Shown piece after piece: positions 34,101 through 46,772 of a stretch of DNA of 64,000 nucleotides. How positions within the stretch are numbered: position 1 is the first letter of the stretch; the number at the start of each line of letters is the position of its first letter. The position numbers were made by a program, and so were the translations under genes. Under the pieces are notes generated by a model. That model was not told the origin of the DNA, did no database searches, and was given only the letters and a program-made list of their open reading frames with translations. Source of the DNA: Protoeuglena noctilucae (taxonomy: Eukaryota); assembly GCA_958009085.1 (NCBI GenBank), contig OY253672.1, forward strand, positions 1,054,001 to 1,118,000, in the 5' to 3' direction.

Positions 34101-35898
34101 CAGGACCTGCAGAAGCAATGCATCATCACACTCGGGAAGGAGCTGAGAAGGCTTTGCACTGGAGCGAGTGGTGTGTGAGCAGCAGGGAAAGGGTGTGCAT
34201 CGAAAAGAGGGCCACGCAGATGGGGATGCGTGTGAGCCGGTAAGACTCCATGTGCCTTGGCCCAGCCGCAGCCCTGGCCATTCCCAACGCCCCCGCATCA
34301 TCCAAGGCTCGCCGCGCCTCCTGCAACCCCACGGTGTCACCTCCGTGATCATCTTGACCCGCTTGTCGGTGCGCGCGATGAGCTCCTTCCGTGTCGCAAA
34401 GAGGAGGCGGCCGACGTAGGCGTTGACGGGGATGAAGGCGATGGTGGTGAGGAGGCCGACGAGCGCGGGCACGGGCTTGAGGATGCGCATCAGGAGCGCG
34501 ATGGTGATCAGCACCTGCGGCGACGACCAAGCAAATGGGACGTGTGAGAGCGTCGCGTGCGAGCGGGACGGGTCCCTGTCTTTCATTGTCTCTGTCGGGG
34601 CTTTGCATGCGGGTTCCCTTTCTAGCAACCAATGTCAGGACCCCTCCCAAACACCCCAGCGCCCCTCTGCCCCTCCCACGCAACCCAGCGCCCCTCGTAA
34701 GCAACCCAGCGCATCTCCCACGCAACCCCGCGCCCCTCACCTGCTCTGGGGCGGACCACAGCTGGTGGAGGAACTGCGCCGTCTCCCAGATGCGTTTGCC
34801 GTCGTTGGACTGGAAGTTGATGATCTTGCCGAGGCCCAGCTCGCCGCGCACGGCCCCGGAGATGAGCAGGGACTTGCGGAAGATCATGTCGATGACGCCC
34901 GTCTTGAGCCCCATGCTCACGCGGAAGGCCCGGTGGAAGTACAGGTTGCTGTACACGATGCGGGCCTGCTCCAGCACGGCCATGAGCACAATCATCACGG
35001 CGGTATACCAGGTGGGTCCCCCTTTCTGGATATTCGCAAGCAGGTACTGCAGGATGATGGGGCCCGTGACCTGGAGGCCGTCCTGGATCGCCTGTGAGTG
35101 GGAGAGACGGATGAGAGAGGGACATGAGAACAACACGCCCTCAGCCACATCCTACGTTCCATCCCATCTCCCCAGCCCGTCACCTTGTATACGCCCGCGA
35201 TGAGGAAGGGCCGGCGGAAGGCGTGCCAGAGGGACGTTAAGACGACGCCGCGCGGGTGCTCGGCGGTCGTCGTGCCCCGGAGCGCGTCCTGCACTCTGCC
35301 GGTGAGCAGCTCGGCCCGGTCCTGGTCGTTCACGTCCGGCAAATCCTCCATGATGAGGGGCTGCACGTATCCCAGGTGCATGAGCGGGGACAAGTACTCG
35401 TACGTGATACGGGAAAAAAGGTTCGCTTCTTCCTCAGGCTGCCACGTTCGCCGCCCAGCCCGCGGGTGCTGCTTCGGCGTGGGCATGAAGAGCCGCGACA
35501 GCAGCGAGCGACCCGGGGAGGGCTTGATGGTGAATAGAGCGTCCTGGCCCTGCTCCACATCTTCCAGAGCCTGCGGGAGCGCAACGAGAAGGGCATGCTG
35601 GTGTATATCTCCCGAGCCTGCGCCGCAAGCGTGGGAACAGGGCATCCTGGCCCCGCCACAGATCTCCCAGGGCCTGCGCGAGCCCAGCGAGGGGAGATTC
35701 TCGCAGAGAACACGCTGTGCGAACGGGCCGCCACGAAGAGTCGGGGGCGGCCGCGGGTCGCCCCTTACATCAGAGCCACAAGACGGCCCCGTCCGCTGGA
35801 GCAGCGGGGCGCGGCTCCGACTGGCGGATCGACTGCCTTTATCAATACCCACCATACGCGCCCCAAGTTCGCACCTGAAAGTTGCCTCGTTTGTCCAT
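28128..35898 (-). CDS. ABCC/MRP-type full-size ABC transporter (short form, no TMD0), many exons
   Basis: NBD1 has [16 protein letters not shown] and [14 protein letters not shown]2 has [23 protein letters not shown] and TIAHRL. TMD motifs include [14 protein letters not shown] and RELKRLDS. The start is inferred from a short first exon MDKRGNFQ. Confidence 0.95.
29677..29715 (-). repeat. Intronic (GGGTGT)n microsatellite just downstream of a donor site in the ABCC gene
   Basis: The plus strand shows tandem CACCCA units. Confidence 0.85.
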
Positions 35899-36164
35899 CG
35901 AGGCCCGCATTGCGCCCTCGCGGTATCGAGACGCGCTGGGGACGCCAGACGATTTCAACAGGCCAAGATTCAACAAATGAGCTCTCCCGAAAGCCAAACA
36001 CTAAGGAATGCTGGCGAGATGGGCGAGGGAAGGCGAGGGCTTCGGAAAGAGGAGGAGGCGCGGGCAGGAAACCAACACAGCATCTTCAGCCCGCTATGAG
36101 AGAGGTAGGGTGATGCGGATGAGGGAACATAAGGGCCGGGCTGCGGCACAGCACGTTGTGACAC

Positions 36165-37091
36165 TCACGCCAGTGCCCCCGCAGTCAGTGCCCTGATGCC
36201 CGCGACTGCCGCCCTCCTCGCCTCGGGTACGGTCGTTCCGGAACCCACTGCAGGCAGATACGCCCCATGTATCATGGAAAACACCGTGGGACCGGGCGCG
36301 GCGTGTGACACTGGACGTCGGGACTCACCGAACACGCCAAAGAGGGCCCTCGACATGCCGGCAGACGAGATGCGCAGCCCCGCCTTCACGGACGACCAGT
36401 CCACCTGCCCAGGCTCCACCGAAACCTCCAGCGCCCCCTCGGGGCGCCACCGCAAGACCACGTTCGTCCCGCGGCTGAGCTTGCGACCCAGGAAGAAAGC
36501 CTTGAACTCCTCGAGCGCCGATGCCTCGCCCATCGCGGTCACGGGCGCTTCCAGGCTCTTGCGGATCGCGTCTCCGAACGTCTCGCCGTCCACGTCGCGC
36601 ACCAGCTCCAGCTGCAGGACCTTGTCGTACTGGCCAGAGAGGAAGGCCTCGGCGCACGCATCGTCGGTGTCCAGGCCGCCCGACCTCGCGCGCTCCGCGG
36701 CATCCGCGACGGCCTTATCCGCATCCGCGAAGACCGCGACCGCGTAGACCTTGACCTCAATGAACGCGATCTTCTTCGCGCGGTGTCCGACGCCCAAACA
36801 CGCCATATTTGCCGAGTCCCCGAAGCGCGACGTGGCCGGGAAGGACACGCCCGTGGCCGAATCCACCTGCGCAACGCAGCGACGCAAGCGCGTGGCCACG
36901 GCAGTGTGCGGCCACTGCACCATGTCTCGTTAGGGGCTCATGGAGAAAGATCTCACCTTTGGCGCTTTCGCTGCCGCCTTAACAAGCACTCGTCGTGGCG
37001 CCTGGCGTGCCACGTGGACCCGGAGGGCGGATCCCGCTCTCACTGGGGCCCGGATGCCGACCGCCGTCCGTGCCATCACATGCCACGACAT
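36165..37091 (-). CDS. Chalcone-isomerase-fold fatty-acid-binding protein (FAP-like), plastid-targeted
   Basis: DSATGVSFP, LGVGHRAKKIAFIEVKVYA, LQLELVRDVDGETF and SRALFGVF. The transit-peptide-like exon 1 starts at ATG 37091 or 37076. Confidence 0.9.
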
Positions 37092-37224
37092 TTTCCTTCA
37101 AAGGCCGATGATACGCGGGCCGGCTACAATGAAGAGTGGCTGCCAGTGCGTCACGCTGTTAAAACGATGGGCACTCCTACTGGCAGGACACCTACGCCAG
37201 AGTTCCGCAAGCAGACGCCCTCCG

Positions 37225-40200
37225 TCACCACACGTCCCTCAGGTAGCGCCCCTGGTCCCCGAGCTTCTTGAGCTCTGCCTCAGCCTGCTCTGCCGTGCAC
37301 TTGGTGGCCGCCATGCACAGATCGACCAGCGTCCGGTGCACGTCCTTGGCCATGGCCTTGGCGTCCCCACACACGTACACGTATCCCCCGCCCGCCTGCG
37401 TGGGTCCACGACGGCGTCTGAGTGTCGACGAGGGATCCTGTGACCCGTCTGCGCCCCGCCTGCACCCCTCAAGAACGCTGCCCTCACCACCGCAGCCCAG
37501 ACCTCCGCCCCGTCCTCCCTCATGTGGTGCTGCACGTACTCCTTCTGTGCCCCATCCCGGCTGAAGGCCACCCGCAGCCGGCGCAGCACCCCGCGCTTCT
37601 CCCACGCGCGCAACTCGGTCTCATAGATGAAGTCCTTCTGCGCGAAGCAACGGCAAAGGCTCTCGCTGGGCAGGGCACGCAGAGCCAACCACAGCGGGCC
37701 GAGGGACGAGTGGGGCATCGGACGTGACCAAGCCCTGGCGAGGCCGCGGCTGCCCTCTCGCCTGCTTGGACCGGCACCCGAAGTAGAGCGCGGCGGTGCC
37801 CAGCTTCTCGCCCTTGCTCATGCGGGCCTCCCGCTCCTGTAAGAAACCCCGGAAGGGCGCCAGGCCCGTCCCAGGCCCCACCATGACCACGGGGGCTAGG
37901 GGGTCCCGGGGAAGCTTGAAGTGCGACGACCAGAGGAAGACGGGGACGCGGTCGCCGGGGCACAGTCCCTGCGGCACCCGCCAGACGTCACAACGTCACC
38001 TCACCGCTACCAGCCGCAACGCAATGCCATCACCGCAACGCCATGTCATCCTCGCTGCATTCTCATCGAGCGCGCTCGCGCGCTCGCCTTGAGGAAGGTG
38101 GAGCAGACGCCCTGGTGGGTGCGGCCCGAGGGCGTGGGCTCGGCCACCACCGCGCACGTGACGTGGACGCGGGTGGGGTGCATGGCCGGGGAGGAGCTGA
38201 TGGAGTAGGCGCGGGGCTGCAGGCGCTGGGCCACGGAGGCGAAGAAGGTGCCCAGGGACGGGCGGGCCGACGGGAAGGCCTCCATCACACAGAGGAGCGA
38301 CCGCGATGCTTCGTGGACGAAGGAGCGGAACAGGGCCTTGCCCTCCGCGCCCGTGTCCGCCATCTGCAGCAGCCGCTGCGGACAGAGAGGGACGCGGGGG
38401 GAGGCTCAGCAACGGACCCGTCGCACAGACCGACAAGCCATGCAAAGCAGATGGCGGGCGCCGCAGGCACTGCGTCATGTGCGGCTCGATGACTTGCGCC
38501 GCGATCCAACCCCACCTGCTGCTCCTGGCGGTCCTTGGCGCACTGAGCCAGCGCCACCAGCGCCGTGCGGGAGGGAGGGCCGGCGATGTCGCAGTAGCGA
38601 GCCAGGGCCTTGCGAAGCGTCACGGGACTCGGGAAGGGCTCCGAAGGCGGCTGCGAAAAGCGGGCATATGCGGCTCGCCATCGGTGCCGCCGGGGATGGT
38701 GTCAGCGGGCAGGAAGCGCCCCGCCCGAGTCTCTCTTGCCACGCACCTGGGTCCCTTTGGCGGGCATGGAGAGGCGGATGGGCACGTCCAGCTGCGACTC
38801 GATGCCCAGCAGCCGCGCGGCGCGCTCGACCTCGGCGGGCACGTTCTCGGGATACACATTCACGTGGTCCCTCGCCGCGTACGCCTGGCCCATGCCGGCA
38901 ATGTCCAGCTCCACGTGCACGCAGCTGCGGTCGCTCTGCCGCGAGTGCAGCTCGCGCCGCTCCACCACGGTCGCGAGGAACGGGTGCCGCGCGTCGTACG
39001 TGCCTTGGGGCGATGCGCCGGGCGCCACCCACACGTCCGAAAACTGCGGGAGTCGCGGGGGAGCCACCGGGGGTGGGGGTCCGGCCAAGGAGAGGGTCAT
39101 GCAAGAGAGCGGAGAGGGTCACGGCTCAGCGAGCACCTTGGTGGAGGGGGCGAGGAACTCCACATCAAAGGCGGGGATCTCCTGCCCCATGGTGTGTAAG
39201 CTCGACTTGCGCCGGGAAGCCTGGATCCCCGCCGACTGGAGCCCCGGGAAGAACTTGGACTCCTTCCACGTGTCGAAGTCCGCCTGGATGTCCTGCGGGC
39301 GTCGTCGCAAGACCGACAGTGCGATCCCGCATCGGGATGCCCATGTCCTGTGCCGCGCTATGCCTGCACCAGTGTGCGGCGCAAGAAAGGGTGACGAGCT
39401 CTCTCAAACACTCTTCCCCAACAATGGTCACGTGCACGGGTCTTCCCAGCCCCCGCCGCACCTCATCGTCGTCCCCCTCCCCCCGGTCGCACACGCTTGC
39501 GGCACCCAAGGCCTTCAGAAACCCGTCCACCTTCCGCCCGACGGCGTTGAAGTGCTCGTACTGCTTGTTCCCCAGCCCAAACACCGCGAACTTCAGCCCT
39601 GACAGCTCCGAGCCGTCCGCCCCCTTGCTCTGCATCCAAGCATTGGCCTCGTGTCAATCGCGTCTGTGCAAATGCCTGCCTGGGTCAATCAATCTCCCGC
39701 ACCATGCACTCACCCGCGTCTCCAGCCACTTGAAAAACTCCGCCGCGTCGTCCGTGGGCTCCCCGTCCCCGTACGTGGCCAGACACAGCACCACGAGCAG
39801 CTCCTGGGCCAAGTTCCCCTCGAAGTCGTAGTTCGCGCAGCCCATGGGAACAGCGGGAGTGCCCGGGCCCACTTTCTGCTGGAGCTGCGCGGCGAGGGGG
39901 CGGAGGGCGGGTGAGGGCCCCGAACGACAGGTGGCGGCCTCGCCAGGTCGCACGCGCGAGGGGGCTCACCTCCAACGCCAGTTCCTTGCTGAAACGCTCC
40001 GATGTGCCCGTCTGCGACCCCCACAAGATCAGGATGCGCCCCCCCGGTCCCGCGGCCGGCGCGGCGGTCACGGCCACGGGGGCAAGCTTGGATGTTGACG
40101 TCGACCGCAGGCAAAAGGCCGCCACCGAGCCCAGAACTGCAGTCAAGCGTTGCTTTGTGTCCTTTGATGCTGGCGGACGACGCGCGGACGGGAAATCACG

Positions 40201-40308
40201 AGATCCTCGCGCGCGCCAGGACCACGCACCTGCCAGGCCGCCCGCAGCGACGCCGAAGATGACCGGGAAGTCCGGCCCAAGGGCCAGTGGGATGCTGATT
40301 AACGACAT
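37225..40308 (-). CDS. CPR: NADPH-cytochrome P450 reductase
   Basis: N-terminal hydrophobic anchor, [78 protein letters not shown] and terminal RYLRDVW*. Confidence 0.95.
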
Positions 40309-40894
40309 TGCACACGGCAGCTCCCCTGCGGCGACAACGCGACTCTGCTGGGCCGGAATGGCCACAGCGCTTTGCAGCAGGCGCAGGGCCTTGCCGTGCC
40401 GAGACAGCAGCGCATCTGACAGCGCCCCGATGACGGCAAGATCCAAAGCTATCGGCAGCCGATCGTCAGGGCCCGTGACAGCCTCCCAGGGGCACTTCCG
40501 GGGCGCGGCCAGCCCCGGCCATCAGTTCCACCGGGGCGCGGCCCCAGCGACCGCACGGCCCACGAGCAAGCTATCGCGCATCCCACCTGCGAGTTCGAAA
40601 AGAATGCGGCGCACAGACTCGCCCAGCAGGCGCGGGGAGCCCTGATCGACCGCGCGGGCACGCGTGCAGGGACGAAGGTCAAGACAGACTCCCTCAGCCG
40701 CACTTTTATCGACGAAAGAAGGCAGCTTGGGGTTCCCGGAAGCATGAGGAAACCCTTGAGCCTGACGTCAGGGTGCCAAAGCAGCTGGGGTGGCCTTCTC
40801 CGCCGTGTCACCGCGCTAGCTGCTTCAGTTCTTGACAAGGGCACGTCGCCCACCGCGCTTGCATCGCCTGGGGCACCTAGCTGGCAGCTCCACC

Positions 40895-42487
40895 ATGCAA
40901 CAGGCTGCGCTTGCCGTGGCCGTCGTGTGCGCGATTCTAGCCGTTGTTCGGGGCGCCAGGCTGCTGGAGCCACCGCGTATCGGGGAAAGCGTTTACGTGG
41001 AGGAGGGCTTGCCCGTCAGCGTGGCCGGTACAGGGCTCGTCAAGCTCGCGCCTAGGGATGGGGATGGCGGGGAGGGACAGGAGGGCGCGGGGGGATCCCG
41101 GATGCCTGTGGTGCTATGGCATGGCATGGGCGACACGTGCTGCAACTCAGGTGCGAGCCGCTTGCTTCCCAGCAGGAAAGGGGGCCCACCCTGGGGCCTG
41201 GTCGTGATGCCCAGCGCTCCTACCTTGCAGATTCCCTGGGCGGCTTCGCGGACTGGCTGTCGAGCCACCTGAACGGCGGGGAGGTGTGGTCGGTGCGCCT
41301 GGGCGCCACCGAGTCGGCGGACCAGACGGCAGGCTACTTCGCCAACATGCCCGATGCCGTCGGGCAGGTCTGCCAGGCCATTGCCGGCGAGCCGTCCCTG
41401 GCAGCTGGCTTCTACGGCCTTGGCTTCTCCCAAGGCGCCCAGTTCCTGCGCGCGGTGGCCGAGTCCTGCGGTGGCTCTGGCCCGAGGATGCTGCGCCTCG
41501 TCTCCCTGGGCGGCCAGCACCGAGGAGTGTCCCAGGTCCCGCACTGGTGACAGAAGCACGCGCACCAGCACCGCTCGCGGCTCATCCGTTCTTCGCAACT
41601 GCAAAGTCGCACTCCACGTCTGTCGCTCCCCACAGCAACTCCGATGCCCAGGACGCGGCCTACTGCGAGCGCATGCAGGCGCTCGTCAGCCACGGGGCGT
41701 ACCTGCCGTGGGTGCGGGACCATGTCGTACAGGTGTGTGTATTGACACCTGCGGAGAGTGCGCTGGCTCGCTCGATGAGCCGCTTGACCTCGACCAGCCG
41801 CCTCTCACGCACACCCTCACGTGTTGTACAGAGCCAAAGCCGAAGCTGCGTCCTGGATACATGCCACAGCCGAATCGCAGCTCCCCTGCCATGTGCCCGC
41901 AGGCGCAGTACTACCGTGACCCGGCCCACCTCGACGCGTATTTGTCGCACAACCCCTTCCTGCCACTCGTCAACAACGAGGACCCTGCGTCTCAGGACCC
42001 CTCGCGCGCGGCAGCTCTGGCGTCATTGGAAGCCCTCGTGCTCGTGATGTTTGAGCAGGATACAATGGTGGTGCCGCGCGAGAGTTCGCTGTTCGGGGAG
42101 GAGCAGGTGACGAGGGCGCTGTCATAGGGGCCGGGGCTGGCAAAGACGTGTGCGGGAGGCGTGTGCCGTAAGCAAGGCGTTTGGTGTGCATGATCAGTCA
42201 TGGAGCTTGTGGTCTGACTTGAGATGCAGGAGGACGGTACGGTGCTGCCATTGAGGCAGACTGAGCTGTACCAGGAGGACTGGCTGGGTCTGAAGAAGCT
42301 GGACGGGATGGGCCGGCTGCACCTCTTGTCGAAACCGGTGCGTCGACACCCCGGCGTGGGCCAGCTGGCATTGCTCGACCGCGCTCAGCACGACGGCGCC
42401 TCGCTCGTGGCTCTGTGAGTGCAGGGAGATCACCTGGACATCGACGCGCAGTGGTTTGAGGATCACTTGCTGCCCTTCCTCATGTGA
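40895..42487 (+). CDS. PPT1: Palmitoyl-protein thioesterase 1-like, with signal peptide
   Basis: PVVLWHGMGDTCC, GFSQGAQFLRA, LVSLGGQHRGV, QAQYYRDP, DTMVVPRESSLFG and GDHL (catalytic Ser/Asp/His). Confidence 0.95.
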
Positions 42488-42963
42488 AGCAAGCGCGATG
42501 GCTGCCCTTGGTGCGGACTGGTTCGCGAGGGCGCGTGCGAACTGCGCGGCGGGTCGCCGTGCGTGTGTGATGTCAAGGAACAAGGCTTCAAGCTCGCACG
42601 CGACATCACACGGCTGGGCCCCGTGAGGCAGAGTGCAGCATCCACACAGGGGCAGTGAAGCACTACTGGAGGTAGAATTGGAAGCGCTATTAGAGGCGAA
42701 AGGTCCGGAAGGGGCGAGGGCAAAGGAGACTGAGAGGAAGAGCGGTGCACGCATCATGGTCGGCCGCCTAGTGCATGAACTTGGAAGGGCAGTTGCTGCC
42801 CTTGGTAAGACCTTGGTGAGAACAAAAGGGGCCCTGTTATTGCCTGGACCATGGGAAAGTGAAACGGAGCCCGGCTCACAGTCGGGACACTGTGAGAGCC
42901 ATGTGCCACCTAGCTGGTGCAGGGCTCTGAAAAGTCAGCAGTTAGCCGAAGTACAAAGACCAG

Positions 42964-45900
42964 TCAGCGCTTGCGGTCCTCCAACTTGAGCATGAGCTTG
43001 GCGAGGTCGCTGTTGGAGGCATTGACGATCGCCGTCTCCATAGACCCCTTCCCTGCGTCCGTTGAGCAACGGCAGCTGTCAGCGGGTCCCAAGAGATGCT
43101 TTTTGGCGACAATCGCGGGGCAGTTGCTCACCCTTGATATCGATCTCCTCAAAGTACAGGAGAGACTGCACCTCCCGGGGCAGGCGGGACGCGGTCGTGC
43201 TCGTCAGCCGGACGTGGCCGGGCGACGACGCGCTCTCCATCCGGGCCGCCACGTTCTGCGGGGGAGCGACCCGAGAGCCAGGAGCTACCTCACTGCCGCT
43301 CTCCGACTGTCCACGGCCCCGCGCTGTCTGACTCGTCCCCGCGACACCGCCCCGTGCGCCCTGCCATGGTGTGGCCACTCACCAGCGTGTCCCCGCACAA
43401 CGTCAGCAGCGTGCGCCGCGTCCCGATGACGCCCCCCGCCACCGGCCCCGTGTGCATCCCCACGCGGATCTTCAGCTTCCCGCTCCCGTCCGCCTTGTCC
43501 ACCTGCGCGGCCAGCGCCACCATCGACACCGCGATGCGCAGCGCCACCAGCGGGTGCTGGGGCTCGGGCCGCTGCAGGTTGACCGCCACCACGTACGCAT
43601 CGCCCACCGTCTCGTACTGCGGGGAAAGGGCGGTGGTTTCTGCCTTCTGGTGGCCAACAACGACAGGCTCCAAGCTCACAGCCGCCACCCCAGCAGGCCG
43701 GCCTGCCCGGGCAGCCTCATCAACGGCCGCGCCTCCCCAACCGACCCCCAACTCGCCTTGTACGCCCCCAGCGAGTCCACCATCGCGTCCAGCTTGGAAA
43801 AGTACGCGTGCAGCATCCCCAGCACGTCGATGGGCGCGCTGTGGCTCGACATGTCCGTGTACGACACCACGTCACTGCGGGAGCCCACGAGCACGAGCCG
43901 GGTCTGGTGGGCGAGTCTGATTCACACGGAGGCCATGCGTGCATGCATGACGGGCCCCGCCCAGCACCGGCACCTGAACACCATGGTCACGTCCTCGTAC
44001 GTCTTGTAGTAAACCAGCCCTTTGTTTAACGGGCTCAGAGACCCGTGAACGCTGTGTCCAAGCGAGAGGCCGCCCCGCAAGCGGTCGGTCTGGGTCGTTA
44101 CGCCCGCCCAGGGGGATGCGGCGCTCAGGAAGTGGCGGGAAGTTTGCGAATCCCCGGCCTGCATGTCTGCCGCCATGCTAGCCTGGTTTGGGACGCGGGG
44201 CTCATCGTCCGTGGGCCTCGAGGGTGCATTGACTCTCGACTCACTGCCCCTCCAGTCCTTGCGCTGACGTTCTTTGGAGGAAGAGGTGCGGCAGATGTTG
44301 GCCGTTGGGACGGGCATCTCCTGTGCGCATGGCAAGGATCGGAGCGTGAGGCAGCCACCGTCGCAGGCGTCACCGTGGCGAGCGGGGCGTGTCGCGGCAG
44401 GCACCTTGACCGTCAGGTGGTGCGACGTGGGCGCGACGCTTGTGGCGTTGCTGACCCAAGCATCGCCCCCTTCGCCGGGGAGGGTGTGCATGAGGGCCTC
44501 CGCGACGTCGTCCGGCACCAAGTTGGCGATCACCACGTCCCGGAACCTTATCGCATCTGTGCACAAGCACAGCGCATGGTCCGGACTGAGTTGAGTGGAC
44601 GAGACAGACATCCCCGGGCACCCACGGCGGCACATGCACAGTCATGCCGCCCCCGGTCCTCCCAGCCCCGCGCCCTCACCCATTGCCGTCTTCCTCAGCG
44701 CCGCCACCATCACCGGCACCAGCAGCAGCCACGCCGGGTGCAGCGTGACCTCGTCCGGCGACAGCAGCACCACGGTGATGGCGTACATGGCCAGCATCAG
44801 CCCCAGCCACCCCACCGCGTACACCGCCACCCACCCCAGCGTCGCCACGTACCACGCCCCGTGCACCCACGGCCGCATCGCCCACGTCGCCCGCGCCAGC
44901 ACCGTCTCCACCGCCGCCAGCGGGGCCCACCACAGGAGCGGGCTGCCCTCCTCCACCGCCATCATCGACGCCCACCCCCCCGCGCTGAGGAACGCGTGCG
45001 CCACCAGCTTCGTCCCCACGCTCAGCGCCGCCGCCCCCACCGCTGGGCCCCACTGCACCCGCCCGCCCTCCCACAGCCCCGCGTGCGACGCAAACGCCAT
45101 CATCGACGCGAAGCAGCTCCCCACCGACAGGTACCGCGCCGTCAGCGACCCCGACACCACCACCACGTTCAGCAGCCCCAGCCCGCACGCCACCCTGCGG
45201 TCGCAAACGACGAGCCCGCTTTGCCACGCCGCCCCGCTGTCCGCGCCGCACCCGCCGCCCCTGCCCCACGTCGCCCCCACTCACATGGCCACGTCCCCCG
45301 CGCCCATCCTCTGCCCTGCCACCGCCAGCACCCGCGCCGCGGGCACCAGGAAGAACGTCGACAGGATGCGCGGCACCGCCAGCGCCTCCGCCAGCCACCA
45401 GTGCCACCTCCCCCGCACCACCCAGTTCCCCACCGACAGCACCGTCAGCCCCATGTGCATCGCCGCCACGGCCACGTCCATCCCGCCCGCCGCCCGGCAC
45501 CCCTGCAGACCACCCTGCGACGCAACGGCGGACGGTCGCGAGGCGCTCGCACATGCATGCTTAGAGACCCCGCGCCCCTTCCACTTTGCTTCCCACAGCC
45601 GCTCGCGCCCCTTCCGGCCCTCACCGACGCGCGCAGGTCCACCCAGGCTCCGTGCCCCGGGCACAGGCGGAGGGCCAGCCGGTGGTGCCACAGCGCGTTG
45701 AGGAAGAACAGGCCGATGCACAGCACCGTCAGGGCCAGGCGATGACGGAAGCGGAGCGTCGTCGCCTCCCGGAGAAACGTCAGCTTGATCCGCGTGATGA
45801 ACTTCGCCAGCGTGCTCTTCTGCTCCCCGCTCCTCTCCGTGGCTTGCGAGGGGAGCCCTTCCACAGCAATAAGCGCACCGAGCCAGTCACTTTGAGCCTC

Positions 45901-46008
45901 CCACCACGAGCCCCCCGCGTTGATGGAGCGATTCAGGTCGGTGAGCGTCGCGTCTACTTTGGGAAGACCTTCATTTTCCGGCTGCGAGGTCACGCTGGGT
46001 CCCTGCAT
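42964..46008 (-). CDS. Multi-pass membrane class III adenylyl/guanylyl cyclase; start approximate
   Basis: VTMVF|SDVVSYT, YK|YETVGDAY, IRVGMHTGP, GDTL|NVAARMES and IKG|KGSM. Several hydrophobic segments lie upstream (44680-45760). Confidence 0.88.
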
Positions 46009-46772
46009 GCGAAAGCCGCCCCCCCCACCCGCACGTGGGCTGCGGAGCCCCGACGGCCCACCGTCCGCCGGCCACAGCCGCGGCGAGAGGGATGAAAGAG
46101 GATCCTGGTCGTTGATTGCCTTCGCCGCTTGGAGGATTCTCGACAGGCCGGCGCTGGGCCTCACGGTGCTCCTGCGGGCCAGTCAATGGTGTGCATTTCA
46201 GCGACCATTCCTCCATGCAAGGCTTGGCAACGAACAAACACTCCTAAAGTTTCGCAATCCCGGCGGCGCGACTCGCGAACGTGTCGGGGCGCACGCAGGC
46301 GTCCTGCCGCAAGTCGCGCATGCAACGCACCCCAGCGGCTGCAACGTTGGCCTTGAGAAGGTCACATCCTCAATTCTGGAGCCGGATTTGACCAGCTCCG
46401 TTCCCGTGGATCGCTTCGTCGGCTCCCTGTGCTCGTTGCCGCGGCTCTGCCCGGTCTGGGCTGCAGGTTCGTCGGCCATGTCGCCAAACGCGTGTGGCCG
46501 TGTGGCCTGGGTTTAAACGCAAAAGGGGATTGTGCTGCGCTGCACCGCTCCAGCGAGTGGGCAACGGCGGGCCGTTGAGCCGGCCGAAAAAGCTCACTGA
46601 GAGCGCCGCGACATGCGGCCACCCTGCTGCATTACAGGTGGGAAAAGCCCGGCTGTCGTCGCCGCCGCGATCGTGCGCTTCTTCCGTTCGCCGCTGGGCT
46701 GACGCCGGTTTTGCCAGTCCTTCCAGCGGCTTCACGTTCGGGCGTGGCGATGGGTTCAACACGACCATCGCG

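Noticed and set aside
45281..45283. In-frame TGA joining two contiguous ORFs of the cyclase gene, suggesting selenocysteine, readthrough or a pseudogene
   Set aside because: The TGA lies inside a perfect donor AT|GTGAGT. A 90-nt intron (45195-45284) removes it and restores the frame.
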